Source: Candidatus Hecatella orcuttiae
GTDB lineage: Archaea > Thermoproteota > Bathyarchaeia > Hecatellales > Hecatellaceae
Length of the DNA stretch: 64,000 nt
Direction of reading: 5' to 3'
Assembly: GCA_002011035.2 (NCBI GenBank)
Contig: MTLY02000001.1
Location: 63,342 to 127,341, forward strand
Shown here piece by piece: positions 56,737-64,000 of this stretch. The notes beneath the pieces were generated by a model. The model saw only the letters and a program-made list of their open reading frames with translations, ran no database searches and was not told where the DNA came from. How positions within the stretch are numbered: the stretch's first letter is position 1; the number at the start of each line of letters is the position of its first letter. The position numbers were made by a program, and so were the translations under genes.

Positions 56737-58143
56737 ATGGCCTCAATCTTAGAAGCAGATGTCACTGTTCTTGGTGGAGGCCCGGGAGGTTATGTGGCAG
56801 CTATCCGTGCGGCTCAACTGGGCGGAAAAATTGTTCTAGTAGAAAGGGACAGAGTAGGAGGCACGTGTCTAAATAGAGGATGCATCCCAACTAAGGTTCT
56901 GATGACCTCCGCCGAAATAATATACATGTTGAAGAAAGCAAAAGATTTCGGAATAACTGTTCCTCAGCCTTCCATAAATCTTCTCGCCTTACAAAAACAG
57001 AAAGAACACGTGGTGGGGACGTTGGTGAGAGGTGTGGAGGCTCTTCTCAGACATAACGGCGTCACGCTTCTTCGAGGTTTTGGAAAACTTCTCAGCTGCG
57101 AAGAGCTTGAGGTCGTGGGATCCAACGGCTCCGCCATTAGAGTGAAATCCAAAAAATTCATCTTAGCTCCCGGTTCCCGTGCTCCAGATCCTAGAAGTCT
57201 AGGTTTTGAGGGAGAGGGCGTTCTCAACACTGATGAGGCATTGGAGTTGGAGGACGTGCCTCGAAGCTTGTTGGTGGTGGGAGCCGGGCCTTCCGGCTTG
57301 GAGTTTGCTTGTATTTTCAGGCACCTAGGCTCGGAAGTCACCGTGGTGGAAATGATGCCTCAAATCTTACCAGGGGAGGATGGCGAAGCTGCATCCCTGC
57401 ACAGGCAAACGTTGGAGAGGGAGGGAACTAAAATTTACACCGAAACCAAACTTAAGGAAATCCGCGAAACAGGGAACGGGCTCTCTATGAAAGCCGTGTT
57501 GATGACAGGCGATGGTGAGAAAGAGGTAGAAGCAGAGATAGTCATAGTAGCTTTCGGAAGAGTTGCCAACTTGGAAGGCATAGGCTTGGAGAAAGCTGGA
57601 GTAAAAGTTGAAAAAGGCAAAATCACCGTGGTAAACGACAAGATGGAGACCACGTCTCCCGGGATCTACGCTGTGGGAGACGCCATCGGCAGCCTCTACG
57701 CCCATCAAGCCTACGCCGAGGGAATTGTCGCTGCCGAGAATGCCATGGGCAAGGAGTCTCACATGGACGGCAAGACTGTTCCCCGCTGCGTCTTCACAAT
57801 TCCGGAATTGGCAGCTGTAGGCATGACTGAAGAGCAGGCAAGGAACTCAGGTGTGAAAATCAAGGTGGGAAGGTTTCCATTCGCCTATAATGGCAGAGCC
57901 CTCACCTTGGGGAAGCCAGAGGGGCAGGTGAAGGTTATAACAGAGGAAGATACTGGAAAAATCTTAGGCGTTCACATTATTGGCCCTCATGCTACAGAAC
58001 TGATAGCTGAGGCAGCTTTAGCTGTGAAATTAAACTGCACCATGGACGGATTAGCTGAGACCATTCACGCCCATCCGACACTGTCCGAGGCTTTTAAGGA
58101 GGCAGTACTGGACGCGGGAGGGAAGGTTCTTCACAAAATTTGA
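56737..58143 (+). CDS. lpdA: dihydrolipoyl dehydrogenase (E3)
   Basis: 468 aa. GGGPGGY FAD loop, redox-active GGTCLNRGCIPTK, and the C-terminal HAHPTLSE interface motif. Confidence 0.95.
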   Translation: MASILEADVTVLGGGPGGYVAAIRAAQLGGKIVLVERDRVGGTCLNRGCIPTKVLMTSAEIIYMLKKAKDFGITVPQPSINLLALQKQKEHVVGTLVRGVEALLRHNGVTLLRGFGKLLSCEELEVVGSNGSAIRVKSKKFILAPGSRAPDPRSLGFEGEGVLNTDEALELEDVPRSLLVVGAGPSGLEFACIFRHLGSEVTVVEMMPQILPGEDGEAASLHRQTLEREGTKIYTETKLKEIRETGNGLSMKAVLMTGDGEKEVEAEIVIVAFGRVANLEGIGLEKAGVKVEKGKITVVNDKMETTSPGIYAVGDAIGSLYAHQAYAEGIVAAENAMGKESHMDGKTVPRCVFTIPELAAVGMTEEQARNSGVKIKVGRFPFAYNGRALTLGKPEGQVKVITEEDTGKILGVHIIGPHATELIAEAALAVKLNCTMDGLAETIHAHPTLSEAFKEAVLDAGGKVLHKI

Positions 58144-58225
58144 ACCGGCTTTCGAATAGGCCTAGGTGGGAAAGCTTAATTGTTCTTCCCCGCTTTAAAT
58201 AGGGCGTGCTGGAAGGAGAGAGCTT

Positions 58226-59422
58226 ATGCCTGCTAGGGTTCTCATGCCGAAGCTAGGTTTGACGATGAAAGAAGGCACTGTCGTTAAATGGCTTAAAAAA
58301 GAAGGGGACACCGTTGAAAAAGATGAACCTCTTGTTGAGATCGAAACAGAAAAGATATCCCACACTATCCAAGCTCCAGCATCAGGAGTGTTGCTAAAAA
58401 TCCTAGCCCCCTCTAGGACTATTGTTCCCATCGGCCGAACGATTGGGTTTGTAGGCGAAATTGGAGAGCCGTTGCCCCCTGTGGAGGAGGCTCCCCCTGC
58501 ACCTGAGAAGCCTACTGTTGAAGCCAAGCCATTGGCGCCGTCGACTCCACCGTCTCATCCGACGGGCGCTCCCCCTAAGGCTTCGCCTAGGGCTAAGCTG
58601 TTGGCTAAGGAGAAAGGAGTAAATCTAGCTGAAGTGGTGGGCTCCGGTCCGGGAGGAGTAATCTTAGAGAAAGATGTGCTCAAGCATCTTGAAGAGGTTA
58701 GGTATAGAACCCAAGCCGGGTTAAAGGTAAAGCAGATAATTCCCATGTCGGAGAAGAGGAGGGTTATCGCAAAAAGGATGACTTCCAGTCTCCAAACCAT
58801 GGCCCAGCTTACCATCACCATGGAGGCTGACGCTACGGCTCTTCAGACTTTCAGAAAGAAAATGGTGGAAGAAGCTGAAAAAACAGGAGTCCGCATAACC
58901 TACACGGACATATTGGTCAAAGTCGCTGCAAAGACTTTGGAGGAATTTCCCCTCTTCAACGCAGTGTTGGAAGACTGGGAGATAAAACTCATTGAAGAAA
59001 TAAACGTCAACGTAGCTGTGGCAACGGAAGCAGGGCTTACAGTTCCTGTCATTAAAGATGCGGACAAGAAATCTTTGACAGAGGTCTCCCTGAACTTGAG
59101 AAGTCTTGTGGAGAGGGCTAAACAGGGAACTCTAACTGTGGAAGATGTGAGCGGGGGGACCTTCACCATCACAAATTTGGGCATGTTTGAAGTCGACGTC
59201 TTCACTCCCATCATCAACCCGCCGCAGACAGCTATCCTAGCCGTGGGGAGGATTGTGGAAAAACCTGTGGTGTCCGGAGGAGCTATCGTAGCCAAGCCTA
59301 TGACGACTTTGAGCCTTACCTTTGATCATAGAGTGATCGATGGAGACGTAGCCGCGCGGTTTCTCCAGAGAATAAAAGAAATACTTCAGAATGAAAACAT
59401 GTTGACCGAGATTTGTAGATAA
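58226..59422 (+). CDS. dihydrolipoamide acyltransferase (E2)
   Basis: 398 aa. Lipoyl domain (VEIETEKISHTIQAP), Ala/Pro linker, subunit-binding domain (SPRAKLLAKEKGVNL) and catalytic domain with DHRVIDG. Confidence 0.95.
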   Translation: MPARVLMPKLGLTMKEGTVVKWLKKEGDTVEKDEPLVEIETEKISHTIQAPASGVLLKILAPSRTIVPIGRTIGFVGEIGEPLPPVEEAPPAPEKPTVEAKPLAPSTPPSHPTGAPPKASPRAKLLAKEKGVNLAEVVGSGPGGVILEKDVLKHLEEVRYRTQAGLKVKQIIPMSEKRRVIAKRMTSSLQTMAQLTITMEADATALQTFRKKMVEEAEKTGVRITYTDILVKVAAKTLEEFPLFNAVLEDWEIKLIEEINVNVAVATEAGLTVPVIKDADKKSLTEVSLNLRSLVERAKQGTLTVEDVSGGTFTITNLGMFEVDVFTPIINPPQTAILAVGRIVEKPVVSGGAIVAKPMTTLSLTFDHRVIDGDVAARFLQRIKEILQNENMLTEICR

Positions 59423-59516
59423 ATGGCAGACAGCTTTTTTCCCTGCTTGTATACTAAAAACCGAATTCAAGCGCCTATCTCCTGTAATTGCAGCGGATCA
59501 TTTTCGCTTATGCCTA

Positions 59517-60524
59517 TTACTTTCCCACGACTTCCCTTACAGTTCGGATTAGGCTTTGGGTACTCGGTATAATGGTGCTCTCAAGGATGGGGCTGAAAGG
59601 TATGGGTATGTTGGGTGTTGCAATCCGCTTGATAGGAGCCTCCAGCTCAAAAAAGGCTTCATCGGCCACGAGGGCAGCCACCTCCGAGGCGAAGCCGCAT
59701 CTTTCTCGGTCTTCGTCCATGATTATCAGACGACGAGTTTTCCTTACAGATTTGAGAATGGCCTCCTTGTCTAGAGGGACCAAAGTTCTGGGGTCGATAA
59801 CCTCCAAGCTGATTCCTTCCTGAACCAGTTTTTCAGCTGCCTCCAGAGCTTTGTGAACCATCAAGCTCACGGCTACAACCGTGACATCTTTTCCTTCCCT
59901 TTTAATGTCCGCTACCCCAAGAGGTATAGTATAAGCTTCTTCCGGAACAGGCTGCCTCCCAGCTGTGGGAAGCCTATAGGTTTCTGATACGCCTAAGGAT
60001 TTATGCTCCAAAAATATCACCGGGTTGTCATCCCGTATGGCTGAGATAAGTAAACCTTTAGCATCGTAGGGTGTAGACGGGACCACGACCTTCAACCCTG
60101 GAGTGTGCGCAAACATAGAGTAAAGGCATTGAGAGTGATGAGCGGCTGCCGAGACCCCTGCGCCTATGGACGCTCTGATCGTTAAGGGAACTTTAACTTG
60201 CCCACCGAAGATATAACGAGTTTGAGCTATCTGGTTGAGGATCTGGTCCATAGCTAACCCGATGAAGTCAGCAAACATTAAATCCACTACAGGTCTCAGC
60301 CCCGTGATCGCAGCGCCGAAGGCGATGCCGGTGAAGGCTGCCTCCGAAATGGGGGTATCCCTCACTCTCTCGGGGCCGAACTTTTCCAGTAGGCCATGAG
60401 TGGCGAAGAAAGCGCCTCCATAGAGGGCTATATCTTCACCCATAATGAAGACGGTTGGATCTCGTTCCATTTCAAGCTTTAAGCCGTCGTTTACAGCCTC
60501 ATGAAGGGATAACTGTCTCACCAT
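59517..60524 (-). CDS. 2-oxoacid dehydrogenase E1 component, beta subunit
   Basis: 335-aa transketolase-like Pyr and C-terminal domains (FIMGEDIALYGG..RVRDTPISEA). Confidence 0.9.
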   Translation of the reverse strand: MVRQLSLHEAVNDGLKLEMERDPTVFIMGEDIALYGGAFFATHGLLEKFGPERVRDTPISEAAFTGIAFGAAITGLRPVVDLMFADFIGLAMDQILNQIAQTRYIFGGQVKVPLTIRASIGAGVSAAAHHSQCLYSMFAHTPGLKVVVPSTPYDAKGLLISAIRDDNPVIFLEHKSLGVSETYRLPTAGRQPVPEEAYTIPLGVADIKREGKDVTVVAVSLMVHKALEAAEKLVQEGISLEVIDPRTLVPLDKEAILKSVRKTRRLIIMDEDRERCGFASEVAALVADEAFFELEAPIKRIATPNIPIPFSPILESTIIPSTQSLIRTVREVVGK

Positions 60525-60536
60525 CTACCAGTCACC

Positions 60537-61538
60537 TCAATAGAAATCCTCCACAAAAATATCCTTGAAAGCGTCTTTAGGCAGTGGGTCCGGGCTTTCC
60601 TCAGCGAATTGCACAGCCTCTTCAACAATTTTCTTAGCTTTCGAACTGATGTCCTCGGCTTCTTTTTCAGTTAAGACGCCTGCCTCCATTAGCTTTTTCT
60701 TAAAGTTTAGTATCGGATCCTTTACAAGCCAACGTTCCAACTCTTCTTTGCTTCTGTACATGAGAGGGTCTCCCTCAAAATGCCCTCTGTACCTATATGT
60801 CTTACATTCTATCAGTGTTGGGCCTAGTTTCTCTCGAGCCCTCTGGACTGCTTCTTCTGCAGCCTTGTAGACGGCTAAGACATCCATGCCGTCAACTGTA
60901 AGGCCGGGGATATCGTAGCCTAGAGCTCTCTTGGACAGGTCTTCGATGGAACAACTGTACTGCGACTGTATCTTCGTAGGTCTTGTGGGAAGGGAGGTAG
61001 CGTACAAATTGTTTTCCACAACAAATATTACCGGAAGCTTCCAAACAGCAGCTATGTTAAAGCACTCCTGAACCACCCCCTGATTTATGGCTCCGTCTCC
61101 AAAAAAAGCTACAGCCACCTGGTCCGTGTTTCTGATCCTAGCGGAGAGAGCGGCTCCCACAGCCCAAGGGACGCTGGCTCCGACCACAGCACTTGCCCCC
61201 AGAACGCCCACCTCCAATTCAGCGAGATGCATAGAACCTCCCTTACCTTTGCAGCAACCTGTAGCTTTACCATAAAGCTCAGCCGTCATCTTTTTCATAT
61301 CGCAGTCTTTGGCAATACAGTGCCCATGCGCTCTATGAGTGCTCGATATATAGTCACTTTTCTTAAGGTTCGCGCATACACCCACGGCTATTGCCTCCTC
61401 TCCAATGTAGAGGTGGACAAAGCCCGGAAGCTTGCCGGCAGCGAATATTTCGCCTATTTTTTCCTCATAAACTCTTATCAGGACCATTTTCTCATAGAGG
61501 CCGATGAGTTTCTCTTCAGGCAGAGAAAATGAGGACAA
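60537..61538 (-). CDS. 2-oxoacid dehydrogenase E1 component, alpha subunit (TPP-binding)
   Basis: 333 aa. TPP motif GDGAINQG...NN (FFGDGAINQGVV..VVENNLYA). TTG start. Confidence 0.9.
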   Translation of the reverse strand: MSSFSLPEEKLIGLYEKMVLIRVYEEKIGEIFAAGKLPGFVHLYIGEEAIAVGVCANLKKSDYISSTHRAHGHCIAKDCDMKKMTAELYGKATGCCKGKGGSMHLAELEVGVLGASAVVGASVPWAVGAALSARIRNTDQVAVAFFGDGAINQGVVQECFNIAAVWKLPVIFVVENNLYATSLPTRPTKIQSQYSCSIEDLSKRALGYDIPGLTVDGMDVLAVYKAAEEAVQRAREKLGPTLIECKTYRYRGHFEGDPLMYRSKEELERWLVKDPILNFKKKLMEAGVLTEKEAEDISSKAKKIVEEAVQFAEESPDPLPKDAFKDIFVEDFY

Positions 61539-61660
61539 ATTCTAATCTTCCCTCCAAAATTCAAAAACCATCCTTTAGAACTTATTGAATATTATTTATT
61601 AATATTTTTAATTTCTAACCATTTATCTGCTGAGTTAAATTTTCATCAAAAACGGATCTC

Positions 61661-63103
61661 TCACACTTTTATTTGGTACTTTTTTTGTAGTTCCGCTATT
61701 TTTTGTTCCACTTCTCTCGGAAGGGGTTCAGGTTTATGGGTGCTTAAAATTTCTTCTACTTTCTCATGGGCTCTCTGAGTAAAAGATTTTGATCCCAGTT
61801 CCATCCATTTTTCTCGTCGATGTTTTTCGAAAATGCCGTCTTTTCTAGGTCGATGTTCTTTCGCGTACCAGTTTAAGGTATGCCGCTGATCGAGGAAATG
61901 TCCTACCCGTCTTTTTCCGTCAATCTTCCTGCAGACTTTTTCGATCACTTCTACGGCTAAAGTGTCTGAATTTACTTCAATTCCGTCCAGTATGCGCTGA
62001 GTAGCTGTCACCATGTCATCTAAGAGAAGCAATAATTCGTTGTTGAAAGCGCGGGAGGAGTCTAGCCCATGGGTTACAACCAGTCTGCTTCCGCCCAACA
62101 TCTGAGTTAGAAGCAGAAAGCCAAGCTCATAGCTTTCCTGTAAGTCCAGCAGTTTGGAGTCAGGTATGACAGGTGTCACGATGGGTATTCCTAGGTACTC
62201 TTCTATCTGACCGATGGCGCATGCGTAAAGAAAGTTTCCATGAGACGCGAAATTGACGGCGCCTGTTTTCTGGTCGAAGGTTTCATGCACATCAACCCAT
62301 ATGATGGGCATTCCCCTGTTCAACAACTGCAGAACGACAGCCCCGCTCAGAAACTCAGCCATCTTCTGGGCGATGTCTCCGGCGACCGTCACCGGACCTG
62401 TGTCTCCCATGGGAGCCTCAGTGGATATGGCGGGAATAATTCCCCACCTAGCGGTCGCCTTGAGCATAGCGCATCCTTCTTTATTCCAGATGAGAGGTGA
62501 GATGCAACAGTAGTTGACCGTCAGCAGTGGCCTCCTTTTCAGCTCATCCTCACCGCCAGCCATCTCCACGGCCAGCTGGTAGGTCGGCTCGACGGATTTG
62601 GGTTCAAAATTGATGACGCATACGGGTTTTGTGGTGTTGCGGATGCCTAATATGAAATCGCCGAACATGTACATGTCTTCGAATTCAGGTATCATGGAAA
62701 GCATCCAAACGCCGTTTACTGTGCTGAGGTGGTCGCAGAGTCTGACAAATCGCGCCACATCATCTTTCGTCGGAGTTCTGTAAGTGTTGGATACGCAGTC
62801 AAAATAATTGTAAGAAACTAAAGGGATAATGTATGGGTATTTCTGCCTTCCAACTTGCATGTCACAAGACGGATTCCTGCCACATAAGGTGACTTCTTTC
62901 GGTGTGGAATTTAAACAGTCTCTAACCAGCCACTCCGGAAAATACACTATCCTGTTGGAGTCTACATCGCAGCCGTTATTCGCGAGAAGCTTTATGATTC
63001 CCTCATCTTCTATGTTAACCCCCACCTTTTTAAGCAGATATAAGGCGGTGGTGTAGATGGTGTCTAATTCTTCTTTTCCAAGAACCTTAAGTCTCGGCTT
63101 CAC
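61661..63103 (-). CDS. MttB-superfamily methyltransferase, non-pyrrolysine type (copy 2)
   Basis: 480-aa uninterrupted ORF. Clearly a paralogue of copy 1 but divergent from it. C-terminal ..ILSTHKPEPLP.. tail. Confidence 0.85.
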   Translation of the reverse strand: MKPRLKVLGKEELDTIYTTALYLLKKVGVNIEDEGIIKLLANNGCDVDSNRIVYFPEWLVRDCLNSTPKEVTLCGRNPSCDMQVGRQKYPYIIPLVSYNYFDCVSNTYRTPTKDDVARFVRLCDHLSTVNGVWMLSMIPEFEDMYMFGDFILGIRNTTKPVCVINFEPKSVEPTYQLAVEMAGGEDELKRRPLLTVNYCCISPLIWNKEGCAMLKATARWGIIPAISTEAPMGDTGPVTVAGDIAQKMAEFLSGAVVLQLLNRGMPIIWVDVHETFDQKTGAVNFASHGNFLYACAIGQIEEYLGIPIVTPVIPDSKLLDLQESYELGFLLLTQMLGGSRLVVTHGLDSSRAFNNELLLLLDDMVTATQRILDGIEVNSDTLAVEVIEKVCRKIDGKRRVGHFLDQRHTLNWYAKEHRPRKDGIFEKHRREKWMELGSKSFTQRAHEKVEEILSTHKPEPLPREVEQKIAELQKKYQIKV

Positions 63104-63106
63104 CTT

Positions 63107-63766
63107 CTACCGTCTCCCAGCCTCGCAGATTTCTCTTATTATTCTTACTCCCTCAGAGGCGTCCACAGCGTAGAAGTCGCACCCAATTTCCTCTGCCCAC
63201 TCTCTGTCCGTTGCTCCGCCTCCTATGATGGTTTTGACCTTCTCTCTAATTCCTGTCTCCTTCAATTTTTCTTCGATTATTTTTTGCTGAGGTCTTGAAG
63301 TTGTCAGAAGAGCTGAAGAAGCAACTATGTCGGCGTTAACTTCAGCAGCCTTTCTGGCGAAATTTTCAGCCGGCTGATCTATTCCGATGTCGTGGACTTC
63401 AAACCCTGAAGCCTCCAGTAGAGCTTTGACAATGTCTTTTCCTATGTTGTGAATGTCTCCTTTCACGGTTCCTATAACTATCACTCCTTTAGGTTTACCT
63501 GCCTCCGTTTTTGATTCCAGTATTTTCCGCTTAACTATTTCAACTCCTGCGATGCAGGCATTAGCCGCCAACATCAGCTCTGTCAAGAATATTTTTTCTT
63601 CACCGAAGAGGTTGCCGACCTCTGTGATGGCTTTAGCCAGCCCTTTGTTCATGACTTCTAGGGGGCTAAGTCCGCTTTCCAAAGCTTCCTTGACGAGTTT
63701 GGCCACGGCTTCTTCATCGTAGTCTAGAATGGCTTTTCGTATGGATTCAAAAAAATTAACAGCCAT
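63107..63766 (-). CDS. corrinoid (B12-binding) protein (copy 2)
   Basis: 219 aa with DxHxxG (GDIHNIGKDIV). Separated by 3 nt from the downstream MttB-like gene. Confidence 0.9.
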   Translation of the reverse strand: MAVNFFESIRKAILDYDEEAVAKLVKEALESGLSPLEVMNKGLAKAITEVGNLFGEEKIFLTELMLAANACIAGVEIVKRKILESKTEAGKPKGVIVIGTVKGDIHNIGKDIVKALLEASGFEVHDIGIDQPAENFARKAAEVNADIVASSALLTTSRPQQKIIEEKLKETGIREKVKTIIGGGATDREWAEEIGCDFYAVDASEGVRIIREICEAGRR

Positions 63767-63801
63767 ATTTCATTTACCTGTCCAAGATTATTGCGTGAAG
63801 A

Positions 63802-64000
63802 TCAGCCGGTTTCGCCGCCTGCGAAGGGCCCATAACCCAGCGTGATACCTCCGTCGATAACCAGTATCGCTCCTGTCATGTAGGTGGAGTCGTCTGAGGC
63901 GAGATAGACGGCGAGTTTGGCTATTTCCTCAGGTTTTCCGAATCTTCTCATGGGATTGGCTTTTATGAGTTTCTGGAGAAGTTCCTCCGGTACGGATTCC
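63802..64000 (-). CDS. short-chain dehydrogenase/reductase (SDR), C-terminal fragment
   Basis: My minus-strand translation is ..NPMRRFGKPEEIAKLAVYLASDDSTYMTGAILVIDGGITLGYGPFAGGETG, followed by a stop at 63802-63804. This is a typical SDR C-terminus. The gene continues beyond the window. Confidence 0.7.
   Translation of the reverse strand, partial: ESVPEELLQKLIKANPMRRFGKPEEIAKLAVYLASDDSTYMTGAILVIDGGITLGYGPFAGGETG

Overview
This is a densely coded archaeal chromosomal window of about 60 genes. There is no rRNA, CRISPR array, transposase or integrase. Archaeal hallmarks are a Cdc48/VCP ATPase, sn-glycerol-1-phosphate dehydrogenase, an AcnX/UbiD-type mevalonate pathway, BRE/TATA-like AAAGTTTATATA promoters, GGAGGTGA Shine-Dalgarno sites inside operons, two intron-containing tRNA genes and a eukaryote-type topoisomerase IB. 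Together these suggest a TACK-group archaeon (Bathyarchaeia/Thermoproteota-like), but lineage cannot be proven from this window.

Content by position:
- 0.2-6.8 kb: glycosyltransferase, MFS transporter, small membrane proteins, Cdc48 and a wHTH regulator. The Cdc48 and regulator promoters share a duplicated module.
- 6.9-17.3 kb: a membrane-lipid and mevalonate supercluster. It holds GGPP synthase, G1P dehydrogenase, geranylgeranyl reductase, a Tes-like radical SAM protein, a UbiD-type decarboxylase, AcnX dehydratase large and small subunits, isopentenyl phosphate kinase, mevalonate kinase and an SCP2 protein.
- 17.4-22.3 kb: small or orphan genes, a PfkB kinase, a glycosyltransferase, a 164-nt multi-intron tRNA and a MoaD/SAMP-like protein ending in Gly-Gly.
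- 22.4-33.8 kb: a three-subunit molybdenum hydroxylase, RidA, a phosphotriesterase-like hydrolase and a CUT1-type sugar ABC importer with two non-equivalent ATPases.
- 34-35.5 kb: Trm5 and a DUF371 protein.
- 35.8-50.5 kb: a Liv-type ABC importer, a non-Pyl MttB-family methyltransferase with its corrinoid protein, an SCP2 protein, hydantoinase/oxoprolinase A and B, a creatinase-like M24 hydrolase and a DUF364 protein.
- 50.6-56.7 kb: CcdA, a GT2 glycosyltransferase, a clan GH-A hydrolase, TopIB, tRNA-Arg with a non-canonical intron and a decayed alpha/beta hydrolase.
- 56.7-64 kb: a four-gene 2-oxoacid dehydrogenase complex, a second MttB/corrinoid pair and a partial SDR.

The most interesting items are:
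- the MttB/corrinoid plus hydantoinase plus creatinase-like island;
- the asymmetric ABC ATPase pair;
- three conserved genes whose N-termini lie upstream of any ATG/GTG/TTG codon;
- the tRNA introns;
- TopIB;
- the shared operator-like promoter module.

All functional calls rest on motif recognition by eye and remembered homologues. No database search was run.
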